Made by a program: the position numbers and the translations under genes. From Paramecium tetraurelia (lineage: Eukaryota): DNA of 64,000 nucleotides. The stretch is taken from NCBI GenBank assembly GCA_000165425.1, contig CT868055.1, positions 124,001-188,000 on the forward strand, written 5' to 3'. How positions within the stretch are numbered: position 1 is the stretch's first letter; the number at the start of each line of letters is the position of its first letter. Positions 27,274 through 40,275 of the stretch are shown here, piece after piece. The notes below the pieces were generated by a model. That model was not told the origin of the DNA and made no database searches. It saw nothing but the letters and a program-made list of their open reading frames with translations.

Positions 27274-27699
27274 TCAAAAGATTTCATCAAGATTTATTTT
27301 CGAACTCTTTCGTTTTGTTTTTTTAACTTTTCTAAATAAATACACTTTATCCCCAAAAACTACTTTGATTTTATTGTCGAAATGAACGTTCTTTTCTGTA
27401 AAGGCTTTATCTAGCGGTTCTTGATTTATAGCCAGTTTTAAACATGGCTTTTTAGAAGTGAGTGCTGAATAACTCGAATAAGTGGTTGGTATTGTATTTT
27501 CAGGTGTACGAATTGAGAAGTAAAGGCTATCTTCTCCCTGGTCCATAAGAATGTGTTATTGAGTGTGCAAGAGTAAGGCTTTGGGTTCGACATGAGAATT
27601 AATTTCATGAATTGACTGCTCATTCTAAATGATTAATTCATCGACATCAAAGTTCATTTCATCTGAATTTATCGCTTTTGTTGGTGCTCCACAACCCAT
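27274..27699 (-). CDS. Small N-acylated protein with RVxF-like motif
   Basis: 141-aa intronless ORF starting MGCGAPTK (Gly2/Cys3). Contains KKPCLK, KNVHF and a basic C-terminal patch. Confidence 0.75.
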
Positions 27700-28403
27700 T
27701 ATGATTAATATTAATTCTTTTCTATATGAGTTTTATTTTAATATAAAGTTAAAAATCCAGGAATTGAGAGAATCATTAATATTTCATAGTTACTATAAAT
27801 TTCACTCTATTACACCTTTAATTAATTATAAGGTCGAGTGATTCTATTTTTTAATGAAAAAATATTATTTTATAATACTTTAGATTATTCTTCAAAAATT
27901 CTTCTGTGAATAATATGCATCATCTCAGATTTACGCCCAATCACTAAAAATAAAAATCTACCAAGAGACCCTTATTGATTTCAAGATACCTTTTTATTTT
28001 ACTACCAAAACTTGATTTAAAGTATACAAATGAAGACACGTATTAATAATTGGTGTTTTTTTAATAATGATGAGAAATTACTTTATAATATTATTATATT
28101 TCATTTGATATCATAAATTAATGAGCCTATTCGCTATTCTATCAACTTCTTAGTAGATTTTGGGAATCTTTACATTGACCTATTCCTTCCTTTGAATTTT
28201 GTTTTCCTTTCAAAATAATATTGAGTTTTGAAAATGAGTGGTTCTGAGTCACACAGAAGAAATTTCTCTCTGACTTGTAAATGTTATCATCCTTCCAATT
28301 AGACCTATTGAACTTGAATTAAATCACTCTGATTGGATTGTGATAATTTTTCAAATATTTCACATACTTTGGTGTCCGTAATTATTAATATAATTTAACG
28401 AAA

Positions 28404-29147
28404 ATGCTGAAAAACCCAAAATTTAAAGAATCACTGACTTCTCGATCATAACAATAAGAATGTTGCAAATTATAAGGACACGAGAACAATCTGATCCAAT
28501 TTGTTTGTGCTTGTCATGAATGTCCTTATCGTTATCAGAAGGCATGTGCTCATTGTGTGATTAAGTTGCATGGGAAACACGTTGAGGACATGAAAGAGAT
28601 CGAAGAATTCGATACGATCATTAATGAAAACAGCAAGAAAGCTAAGAGTTTGATAAAGTAAAGTGATGAACTCTTTTTGCAATTGAAAAATCCATTTGGG
28701 AATTTCTTTGAATAATTGAAGCAGTAGTTGATCGAGATGATCGACAGTGTTCAGAAACGATATTTGTTGTAAAATCAAGAGAGAGCATAATAACTAATAC
28801 GGAATGAATTGGATTTCATTAATTAATTCAATTAGAATGTGAATTCTAAACAGAACCGCTATTTGAATGATCATTCTCTAAAATAGTACAGTAATTCATT
28901 ACGAACAGCATAGGAGAAATTGAGTAATGCACTTTCTCTATTTGAATTGAAATAGTTATTGGAATCTAATTTGATATTGTTGCTAGAGGATTTTGGCAAG
29001 AATACAGGAGTCAGTTATATAAGCAACACTAGTCGAAATACGAGTTAGAGACATAGTAGTTGCCACAATATAATGACTCCCAGATCTGCATTGAATGTGT
29101 TTAATCACAATATTAGTGCAATCAGATCTAAAAAAATTAGAAATTGA
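28404..29147 (+). CDS. Cys/His (B-box-like) zinc-binding plus coiled-coil protein
   Basis: CCKLQGHENNLIQFVCACHECPYRYQKACAHCVIKLHGKH followed by a helical region. In-frame TGA at 29145. Start codon uncertain. Confidence 0.7.
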
Positions 29148-29154
29148 TTAATTT

Positions 29155-29939
29155 ATGAGTAAATAATCTAAATAATATCTCTCTACGTCGGCACCTCATG
29201 TGGATACATCGCAATTATCTGGTGTGTCACCCAAAAAGGAGTTTTACGATGCCACAAAGCAATTGGAAGCAGCAAGGAGAAGAATCAGTCTTCTTAGATT
29301 GGAGAATGAAATGAGGTATGGTTTAGACATTCTAAGTGAGGGAGAAGAAATTGCAAATCCAACAATAAAAGCAAGAACAATTGAACAGGATTAGGGAAGA
29401 TCACGAACTGTTCAAGGAATACAAATAGGCTCATAAAGAGTAAGTGAACGTGCAATTGCAGAATCTAGTGCATAGAACAAGGAGTATGAAGATGCAGCAA
29501 TCTCAAGATAAAAAACTGATCCAACAGAACTTTCGATAGATGAAGTAACAAGAAGTTAAGAATATTAAAGAGCAATCTCAAAGAAATGAGTACATCATTC
29601 GATCGAACTTGGATTCAATAAAATAATAAAAGGCAGAATAAAAATAATAAGTTCAGACTCAAGTCTAACTTGCTCAATAAACTATTCAAAACTTCCGCAA
29701 ACAGAAGTACCTCCGATTCATTCAGGAACATCAAATCTCCAAATCTCAGCACTCTCTGGAAGCAGAGTTAAGGTTACAGCAGATCGAAGAACTCAAGAAA
29801 CAAGAAGCCTATCTACTGATCAAATTAGATGAAACCACCAATGTAATTTACTATCCTATCCTAGCAAGTCAACAAACTCAATCAAAGTGCCTTGATCAAG
29901 CAATCTCAGACCACACCATAGACTGCATCCTATTCTTGA
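29155..29939 (+). CDS. Coiled-coil hypothetical protein
   Basis: MSKQSKQYLSTSAPHVDTSQL..., Q/K/E-rich. Needs a 25-nt intron at 29316-29340 (GAG acceptor) and a 22-nt intron near 29843. Confidence 0.65.
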
Positions 29940-29995
29940 GATATTATTATGTTTTACAATCATTTATTATATTACTAATAAATTATAATTAACTA

Positions 29996-31356
29996 ATGAG
30001 TGAGGATGATTAAGTAATCTATTATTCACTATGACCATGTAGCATTTCGTTGAAGATGACAACAGTGAAGACGATAAATTTGAGGAGAATCTTGAAAAAC
30101 AATACGCTGTAATTCAGTTACATTTATTGTAGTTATACCCTAAAGCTAGCAATAAGAGACCTGAATCCAAACATGGCAGGCCTGAGAGTTCCAAATTTTA
30201 GTATAAAAAATAAGAATAGCAAATCATAGAATAATAGCCAAAGCTATTAGAAGCTATACCTACTTCTCAAGCTCTCAAGAAGTTTAACTAATTAGTTTCA
30301 TTTCACAAAATACAGATTGAATAATTCTGGAAAAATCATACAATTATGGCTTCTTAAACAGAATTCATAGGTTTTCTGTTAGAATCAGGTACTTTATCAT
30401 TAATAAATAAGGATTTCAATTTGAACAATATGAAATAAATTCAATTCTTAGTGATTTAACTAATGATCGTGGTGTTATCACTATTGAAAGTCTTTGTAAG
30501 AAAGTACCTGCATGGCATTAAAATGAGAGTATTTCTACAATTTTATTATTCACTTTAGATGCTATGTTAGAATTTATAAGGGAAAAAGCTCTCAAATTGG
30601 CTCAGGAATCGAAGAGAAAGTTCTCTGCCCAAAGGAAACCGAAGCCACAATCAGCAAGTACAAAACGCAGTGGTTTCAATAAAGGAGAATCCAGGCCAAT
30701 CAGTGGCATTTCAAAAAAGTATTAATCCGGTTTCAGTGATTTGAAAATGTAATTCTAAACTTGCCACATATAGATCCAACATCAATGATAAACCATTGTA
30801 AAACAGATCCAAGCACTACCTACTAATGGCCAAGCAAAGACAATAAGAAGAGGATCGACTTCTGCAATTAACTATTAACTAAGGCAAGAATGAATACGAG
30901 TATGAAATGCTCATTAAAATGGGAGAAGCCAATGAATTGTCTTAAGAACTTGATAGCAAGATTACATACAGAGCATACAAGACTGCACAAGGACATTTGA
31001 AGGTGCATGTCTATGAATTGGAACACTTTTAAAGAGATCTCGCTTTGGAGGAGTTTTAAAGAGAATACAACATTCTAAGGAGCAGATATAATGAGAAAAA
31101 GAAATTGAAAATCTGGGAAGTGCTCAGTGAAAAGAAGAAAAATCAAAAGAGTCTCTAGCATTTTGGATCTTCTCAAAAAGAAGAGATCAAACAAAATGAA
31201 GTTGATGGTAAAGCTGCGAATAAGAAAGAAAGACAACAAGAATTAAAGAAGGTGCTTTTGGAAACAATGATGCTTTCGAATGTTCTGAAGGAGTAATTGG
31301 TGGTATTGAATAGGAAGGGTATCAATGCAAATCTTAGCCAAAGTGTAAAATTATGA
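29996..31356 (+). CDS. Hypothetical protein with a possible EF-hand-like loop
   Basis: Multi-intron code-6 model (MSEDDQ|HFVEDD...). The loop ..NDRGVITIESL resembles an EF-hand. TGA at 31354. Confidence 0.6.
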
Positions 31357-31471
31357 TATATAATATATTTGATTTGATACTCTGCTTTGACTAGTCCTTA
31401 AGTGTCTCTTCAATCAATTTATTATTGCGATCAATAATTAAATCAAAATAGTTTGGATAATAATAATATTA

Positions 31472-32425
31472 ATGTCTTCTAAAAGAGAGGTAATTGCAAA
31501 ACATCGAGTTGAGAGTGCTAACAGATCCTAGAAAAGGAAATTGGAATAGGCTATGCTTCAAATCAATAGTCAACAGCCTATCACAAAGGCCTAATAGACT
31601 TTGCCTTCGGAAGAAGTTGAATTGTATAAGAATGTGAATTTGTAACATGTGATTAACGGAGCTGATTTTGTTTGGAATCACCTAGAGAATATGCCTAAGA
31701 AACAAATGGAAGCAGTCTTTCTCCCTCAAACTATTGCTGGAATGCAGAATGTGTATTGCGTTGTCAAGAAAAAATATAATGCAGAAATGGCAAGGAGAGA
31801 GCAATTGGGAGTTGAAAGAATTCAAAAGAACTAAGAGAAACACCACTAATTCGAATAGAGGAAACTTAAAAATCAATAAATCTATACTAAATTAGGATTG
31901 AAGAAGACTTATCAATCTGCACCTGTTACTTAAGTAACAGAAGAACCGCTCTTCCAACGATTAAGTAAGCCCAAGCAATCATTCATTCAGCAATCCACTT
32001 ATGATCTACCTGATTTTAGAGGACTACCAATCAAGAATCTCTCTAATGTAGACAAATACAAAAATCCAGTTCTGATTAATCATTTCATTAGTTCCAATAT
32101 ATTACCTAAATCTGTAAATAAGGAGAAAATGAGAAGTAAATTCGAAACTTTCGATTAAAAACTCGAATAGTTTCAAAATACAATTCAGATGGACGAAATG
32201 AATTTGGACAATAATTTCAAAGACAATGCAATGATTGAGATTGATCAATTTGAATAGATGCTATCCACAATTCCAATGACAATGTACTCACAAGTAAAAG
32301 ACAGAGAGATTCAACTGTTGTAATCGGTTGAAGGATTTAGATCGATAAGGAAAATAAAAAAAGATCCAAATTACAGACACTTAATTGGGAATCAAATCAG
32401 AGAAGAAATTTTGACAAAATAATGA
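31472..32425 (+). CDS. Hypothetical protein
   Basis: MSSKREVIAKHRVESANRS..., in phase with TGA 32423-32425, about 317 aa. Confidence 0.7.
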
Positions 32426-32442
32426 TTTTAATTAACAATATA

Positions 32443-33674
32443 TCAGAGGTGAACCTTCTTTGTGACAGTATCCTCAAATTAGCATTCTTCTTCTTTGATT
32501 TCTGTATCGAATTCATCTTCAAATTATTTCCACAGATTCGACATGCTCAGTTCCTTTTGAAACTTATTCTATCATAATATTATTATGAACTTACTTTTTC
32601 CAAACCCAATAAAAATTTAGCGACTTGAGTAGGAGTGAGAATACTTCTCATTTCATCAATGAAGTTTTCCAAAGAATTTGTCTTTTGATAGAGATTCTCT
32701 TTTACAGTTTACAATTATTTGATGATACTTTGAATAATAAAATAATAATTTTACTCTTGCAATTTCTCCTTATCCGATTAGATTCTCTTATAAGATTTCT
32801 TCAGGGATTTCATTTGCTAATCTGATATATCGATTTCTCGACTTAGATTGGTGAACCAAGTTGGTTCAGTCAGATTAGGTCCTGATGCCCATAACAGATA
32901 TTTGACGTGAATAGGAAAAGAGATCTCCATTATTTATTGTAGAAAGTAATTGGAAGCATTGACTCTCTCCTTGCCTCCTCCACCAACTCTGAATCTCATT
33001 GAGTCCAGTAACAGATTTATCTCATTGTTATCAGAATTGTTTTGCACTGCAGATTCCAGCTTGTCAAACAATTGTTATCTACCTACAAAAAAGTTTTATA
33101 ACTACAATAGTCTCATATACTTACTTGGGGATTGGACCCAATTTATTACATACAACTACTGTGCCCCTTAATAATGCGTTTGCATTTTTCTAACTCCTCC
33201 TTCAGTGTGTTTACTCTGTTTTCTAATAATTCCAAATAAATTTTCTTTCTCTTCCTCGAATTCCTAGCGCATTCCCTATTCCTAATGAGTTTGGCCTACG
33301 TAGAATCGTCTGTGTTGGTTGAAACTTTCCTCTCAAACTTAGGAGTCATGGTTGGTTTAGATTCTTAAATTAGAGAAGTGATTTTGTTAATGTAAGTGTT
33401 CTTTAGGTTTTGCTTGCTTGTCAGAATAGTATCCTCCGATTTCTTCTTTTTTTATTGCTTCTTCCCTTGACTTTATTGAGGTAGTTAACATGATGAAAAG
33501 AACTCTTGTTAATTCGGACCTTCATCATCTGAGTTCTAGCATTACCCGAATGAGCTACTATTAACATAAGGAAAATTCGATCTTTGTGATATATTAAACT
33601 AAATACTAATTCTGATCCATTAAAAAGTTCACGAAATGGTCGTCCCCAATAAGCTCAAAATGATTATTATACAT
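32443..33674 (-). CDS. bZIP transcription factor
   Basis: Basic region plus zipper: AKLIRNRECARNSRKRKKIYLELLENRVNTLKEELEKCK. Several tiny introns. Confidence 0.9.
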
Positions 33675-34580
33675 TTATTTAATATTTCATCATTAAAGCT
33701 AACTATTTATAAATTATTATCTCATATTTCACGTATCTTCCTTGAATCTTTCTCAATAAAATTGCACAATCTAAAATATCTCATTTTCAGCATTTGAAGT
33801 AAGTTTACATTAGACTACTTTCTGTCTATCCTAAATTAAATAGAGTTAATTTGATTATTTATTTATATTCTTCATCAATAAAGAGTAGCAACATAAAATG
33901 AGGCAAATAGAAAGAATTTTAATTTATAATTGAAGTGATATGCATCAATTACTTACATAAAGGAAGTAGTATATCAATTAATTATAAAACTATGAATATT
34001 GTTACTCTTAAGAACTTGATAGACAGATTTGATTCATCAAAAATATATATATGGATCTTGTTATAAATATTACTGTCAAATTATAGATATAATTAACTTA
34101 ATTATTCAAGTATTTGGATAAATTTCTGAAGTTGGATTGGAATAGGAGGAAAGATATTTGTATTAAACTTAAGAAAAGTATTTCAAAGAGCAGGAAAATA
34201 TAATATCATTGTAGGGAGGGAAGTGTGAATTAAAGATTTTATTAAAATATTTAAATTAGAAGATAAGTAATGAAAATAAGTGAAAATTGATATCTGCTTT
34301 TATTATTATTAATAGTCTTTAGAATTTTAGAATTAATTATAGAAAAAGAAGGGAATAAAAAATGGGAGTCAAAATACTTAAATTATTTAGAATAGGATTT
34401 GATCAATGAAAAATGGATTATGCTGTCCTGACCTAGGTGGTGATATAATGCCTTTGTTTTGGAGATAGTAAATTTGTAATTTAATATATTATTTATATAA
34501 ACTTATGAAAAATTTAAAAGAATGTTTATCTTCGGAAGGAGGTTATAAAAACACAAAACAATTTAAGGAAAATATACAAG

Positions 34581-35714
34581 ATGAGTAAATTGATTTACCA
34601 TGATTCTAGGGATACTTTGAACTACGTAATTGAGACCTTGGAGGACATTTTGCAAAGCTCAAAATCACAACCAATGTCGTTGGTGCTATCCATGAGAGTA
34701 AGTCTGTTGGTATGTTTAGCTGAGCAGTTGACAAAAGAACTTATGGATCTTCATTATGACTGCGTTGTGCACTCTATTTCCAACAACATTGTTTACATGA
34801 TTGAGGATATTATCATGGCAGATTTAAAGAAAAACGAGAGAGGCAAATTTTATTTCAGTGATTAACCAAGTATGAATAGGAATTACGTAGATTAATCTCT
34901 GATTTTGCTTGGAAATACGCTGGTACGTTTAGCACTTGAATGCATTTTTGTGTGGAACTTGTGGCACCCTAATAATTTAGCTATTACTTAAGTGTATTTT
35001 AATATGTTTTAATTTTAGTTATTAACGATTAATCGACAAAGGAGTCTAGTTCCCAAAATTGCATTATTTTAGTGCCCAGAAAGTCAAGGAGTACTATATG
35101 ACCGTGAAGGAGAGCTCAAAGAATGGAACCCTTTATCGATAGCAATCCTTGATGTTGCATGAGCAATACTTTGAGCAACTCAAGAAGACTATTGAGAAGA
35201 ACCAGTACAGTAATGTCAAACTACATGAAATCAATGAGGAATTGAAATGTAATTAAACTTGAAAATCTAGAAATCAAGCACGTAAATGAAAATTAAAAAT
35301 AATTTATCGAGAACTTCAACAGGGCTTACAAGGATTATCTAGTCAACAACAAAATAGAAGAGTTCAATAATCAAATTTAATCGATGTATTCGTATTATTA
35401 AATTAAGTTGCTTAGAATACGACGAATTGTAAAGTCAAAAGAAACAGAGTAAGAAACTTACAACTTATTTTTAGATAGCGCAATCTAGTTCTGCACATAC
35501 TCTACTGACAAGCAAAGTAATCAATTATCAAGAAGCATGAGTGTAAGTAATTCTCTATCGATCTTAGTCGTAAAATTCTTAACGTAAAAATGAGAACGAC
35601 GATAAACAACAATCTATTGAACAACTACTACATGAGAATGAATTAATATAGGCATAAATTCAAAGTTTTGAAATTCCGAAAACCAATTGTAATTTGAAGA
35701 AATCAGAAATATGA
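34581..35714 (+). CDS. VHS-like helical domain protein with coiled-coil tail
   Basis: LALECIFVWNLW...YQRLIDKGVQFP resembles the end of a VHS domain. Multi-intron model, 3' end approximate. Confidence 0.55.
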
Positions 35715-35946
35715 TTCTTATATTGTAAACAATTATGTTATATTGAAATCTTTTATCAATATTAAATTTCTATAAACATTAATAACAAAATCCTTAAGAT
35801 ATAGTTTTATTTTATATAATCACAAAAGAGATTCTAATTCAATGTTAAAGTTAAAATCACTATCGGAATCATAATATAAATAACTGCATTTAGAGATTTC
35901 GAATTTGTATATATTTTATATAAAAATGTAAATTAAGCTCTTTGGA

Positions 35947-37272
35947 TCAAGAAGTGGATTTTAGGATTTCATAAGGTATTTTCTAAAATCTTGCTGCCTC
36001 TGGGTTGAATTCTGGTGTTTCAATGAATTATAAAAATAGGTTCTATAGTCTTTGTCTTAATCCCTCTAAAGAAGGTTCTGGTCTACCTCTGTTTAACATG
36101 TCAGCCTCCCTATCAATCAAATCAACTATCTCTCGCGTCAGATTGCAGTCCCATTCTTTCACTGTCCATTTGGTATTAACGAGAATATCCAGTCTTTCAT
36201 CCAAACTTAGTTTTCTTTGCTTTAAGCCTATAAATCATTGGAATACAATACCATTATATATATCCATCAATTCTCTTGCTCTTGTGGTATAGAGAGTATG
36301 AACTTCAGTGAATCTACCATCTGATTTCCTAAGCCACTTTTTAGGATCTGAGATAGATTTTAAGAACTTATTGATTTTCTCATCTTTGTTCTTTTGATTT
36401 GCTATAATCTTCAACCTGTCTATGGTTTAGAGTAAATCGGTTTCCTTATTTAATACTTACTTAAGAGCAGCTCGTTTTTCCTCTTCAGACATAGCAGAGG
36501 ATTTGATTCTGGCAATTTCAGTCGTTCTCCATAGCTGATTGATATGGTTGATTGATAAATACTTCTAATTCCTCATATAAAATTTGGAAATCCTCCTTGG
36601 TTCTAGGATTGGTTCTTCTTTCTATTTCTTTCTTGTGTCTGACTTCTTCTTGTCTTCTGAAATCTTCTTCTTTTTCCAATTATTCATTTTGTAATTACTG
36701 CTTTTTTTGTCTCAAGGCATTAGTTCTCCTCCTGGCAAACCAGCCTCGAATCAATCGTTAAATAAATAAAGCTGCTTCTTCTCTTCGTTCTTCCCACATT
36801 TCACTTGTAAAATATCTAAGGGATAATAGTCAACTGTTACAATTTTGGTTCAAAATTCCTATCATTTCGTAAATCAATGAATAGATCTTCCTTTTCCATC
36901 TATGTGCCAAATTCCCTCATCATTATCGTAGACTTGGTGGATTCAAAATGAGTTTGTGTGTCTCTGTGATTTTTCTCCTTATGCTCTCTTCGATATTAGT
37001 TGGTTTGAGCAAAGGCATGATGCAACAAAGCACCAGACTTCTTATTTTTCAATCCTCCCAAGTAAGGCTTTTCATAATCTAAGCAAATGTTTGAATAAAT
37101 AACTTGCTTTAATAATTTGGATTGTCAAAGTGTATTTCTTCTGTACTTCACCTTTTTCATCCTTAATGACAACGACAGATTCAAATTGTCTTCCCATAGT
37201 CTATTCGTATTCGTCGTTTTCATCAAATTGTTCCTGATCCTCCAGGAAGTTAACCTACTAATCATTATCCAT
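35947..37272 (-). CDS. IQUB: IQ and ubiquitin-like domain-containing protein (radial spoke component)
   Basis: KPYLGG..NKKSG..HHAFAQT, RDTQT, REFGTQM, AALFIQRLIRGWFARRR (IQ motif), NPRTKEDFQILY.ELELWR, FIETPEFNPEAARF. Confidence 0.85.
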
Positions 37273-37320
37273 TTTGTTAATATATATATATATAGATAAA
37301 TAAATAAGATTATCAAAAGT

Positions 37321-38235
37321 TCAATTTTTTAAAACCCAAATTTTAATGTTATTCCTACTTACAGCATATAGATACACTCCATCTTCAGATACTATCGATG
37401 TACCGATGCTAGTACTTGAATCTAGGATGTGCAATAAGGTGGCTGTCGTCCAATCTATGATTTCTATTTTATCGCTTGTTGTGAGAATCGCCATAGAACT
37501 TGTTAAATGGAGATGCATGCAGTCGCACTGGTTCTTAGTTATGAATCGTCTGAGGATCTTGAAATTGATTTGATTGACAAGGTAAGACTTCGATCGTATT
37601 TGTCCGTTGATTAAGAAGAGTTGAGAATTAGAGAGACTGTTTATCATCGATACTTGTTTGATCTGATACTGAAGGGTCTTCGTTTTTTCATTCTTCATTA
37701 TCTCTGGAAAATTGGTGAGGTTTATGGGTCCGAATGTACCATAAATGAAGAGTTTGGTATCATTTATAAACTAAACATAGTTTAATCCATAGGGGAAGTA
37801 ATACTTCGACAGCAACTCACAAGATTGCGAATTGAAAACCAATAGCTATTTGTCTGAACCTGCACTTATTAAGTAATTTTCATTGGGACTGAAATCAACC
37901 TTCATCACATACGCCGAATGATGACATAATAATCTAAATTGCACCTACTAGATCCCATCAAACTCAATCCTCCCAATATTGCAATCGGCTGAACCACTAG
38001 CCAAGTATTTCCCAGAACATGAAAATTTTAGGGTGATTATGAATTTTTTGTGATATTTATAACTCTTGATCAAACTTAAATTATTGTACAAGAACATATT
38101 CCCGTCAAAATCACCTCCCATAAGCAGATTTCCCTTCTTATTCAGAGTGATGACATAAAAACTATTGTGGGTATTTTGAATTATTTTGAACAACTCTATT
38201 TGAGTATCATTATTATTATTATTACCATTCTGCAT
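37321..38235 (-). CDS. WD40-repeat protein
   Basis: 304-aa intronless ORF with HKKFIITLKFSCSGKYLASGSADCNI, HSAYVMKVDFSPNENYLISAGSDKQL, and terminal IKIW. Confidence 0.85.
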
Positions 38236-38989
38236 TTTATATAATAAAATAATTCAAAATTAAAGGATGCTTGCTATTACATTCCCATTCAAATACCTTC
38301 AGACAAATGGCACTAGTATAAATGGATAAAACTAATTAGACGACCCAAGAGTGATTCAGATTAGGAAAGTATTATTAACGCATGCCTCTTGAGTCAATTA
38401 ACATCATCACTTTTGGATTCCTTGCCTAATTGAACAGAATCAGTCAAATAAATTACCATGAGATCTAAATTTAATATTAAACAGCAATTTCATAAATCAT
38501 TCCAAAATATTTATACGAATACTTTTAACATGTGAGATTTAGATTAATCCATCTATTGTTTATTGAGTATCTTTTAATAATCGAACATAATAATTCTATT
38601 CTTATAAAATCATTAATAAGAATTGTATTATGAAAACGCTATTCTTAGAAATATACTTAAATTATTAAGAAATAAACAATAGAGAGAGAGAATCTAATTG
38701 TTGATGGATCTATTGATGAAAGCGGTGCTCATAATTTTAGCTCCTCCTATTAAATAATCTTTCTATTTTTCAGAGATAATACACACCCTCTCCTCTAATT
38801 ATTATAAGAATTTCTTTTACTATAACCATTTGAAGAGTCTCTAAAATTCCTAAGTTCCTTTTAGATTCCTTAATTTAGTATGAATTCACAGAAGATTGAA
38901 CTTGAGAAGGAATTAAAAATGAATTTTAATTTTCATATGTATTTTGAAATAGAATTTAATTGAAATAATAATAAAATATGCTTTATAGT

Positions 38990-40262
38990 TCACAGGTATG
39001 CATATTACTATTGTTTAGAACTCATACAATTTCAGCATATACTTTTCTTTTCTCGAACTTCTTCCTTACATCTACATTGTTCCTCTAAGAGAAAGCGCCT
39101 ATCAATTATTCCCTTTAGACTTTGGCCTTGATAACTTCGGATCTATGAGTAGCTTGATTTCCCTCATGATCCTAAAAGGTCTGCAACTATCTAGAAAGCC
39201 ATATAGCAGTATGAATTACTTAAAGACTTCCTTGTTTTCAAGTTGGACATCGTCTGCTTGGGTGAGGATATGCTTGATTCTTTGGACAGCACTTTATTTG
39301 AATTTCCTTTGTTTGACTTGGTTTGTGGAACACCTGGTGTTGGTGTCTATTAGATCAAAACTGGGTTTGCTGTATTGGGAGTAGTAGTTGTGATGAGTCT
39401 GTGGTCTGGGCTCAGTGGATGTTCTGAGTGCGGCTTGTTGAGTGCAAGGACGAGTGTTCATATTAAGAGTGATCTCATTTCGCTATAAATCTAGAGATTT
39501 ATCTCTTACATGAGCCTCCTTTATTTAAGAAATAAATAAACTTGTTTATCATCTTGGTCTGTGTCTTTGGGCATGACTTCTCCGAAGGCATTTGAGATTT
39601 CTTTGATGAGTTCAGGGACTGACTTTTTGGCACCAACTACGAGTTGTTTGCTTGCAAAGAATTGTTCAAATTAGGCTAGAAGTTCTTCTCTGCCTTTGAA
39701 TTTGTTGCGTTGTAGGACCTTCTGGAGGTTAGCGAGTCTCGATTGCTGTATTATGCCATTGTAATATCTGTCTGACCACAATGTGTTGTCATACCTATAA
39801 GATATGATAAAATTAATAAACATAATTCCTTAATTCTTTTTAAATGTATTCAAATACTCATTTTATAATCGATTATTCTTGGTTTGTTAGATAACTTGAT
39901 TGTAATCAGCCTTTTCCGAGATGCTCTTGCCTAAGCCTTTGGCTTTTTTTAATTGGAGGTAGTAGAGATCCAGTGTGGCATTTTTGGTGTAGGTTTAAAA
40001 GGTTTAGCGTCTCCTCAGGAATTGCTTATCAGTAACAATCAAGGGAACTTGGAGAATGTGCTTGAATTTGTCTTTGGCTGTTTTTTTCTAGTTTTTGAGT
40101 ATGAGAGAGAGTCTTTACTTTGAATTCCTTCACGTACTGGATCTCAGCGTCTTCAGTGATCTTGTTGAGCCAGGAGGATTTGAAAGTGACACCCAGTTAT
40201 TCCTCCTGGACTCGTTGCCAGAAATTGGAATGAAGGTGATTCTTATCTACTTTTTTATTCAT
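38990..40262 (-). CDS. Hypothetical protein
   Basis: ATG 40262 (MNKKVDKNHLHSNFWQRVQEEQLG...), a 31-nt first intron and further tiny introns. Stop is at 39022 or 38990 depending on the last intron. Confidence 0.65.
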
Positions 40263-40275
40263 ATATTTTAATAAT

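Noticed and set aside
29640..29720. Apparent frameshift in the 29155-29939 gene
   Set aside because: On recount the frame is continuous (AQQTIQNFRKQK).
38267..38633. Possible small plus-strand gene starting MLAITFPFKY
   Set aside because: It needs a non-consensus intron to bypass an early TGA and has no recognisable motif. Open frames arise easily with a single stop codon.
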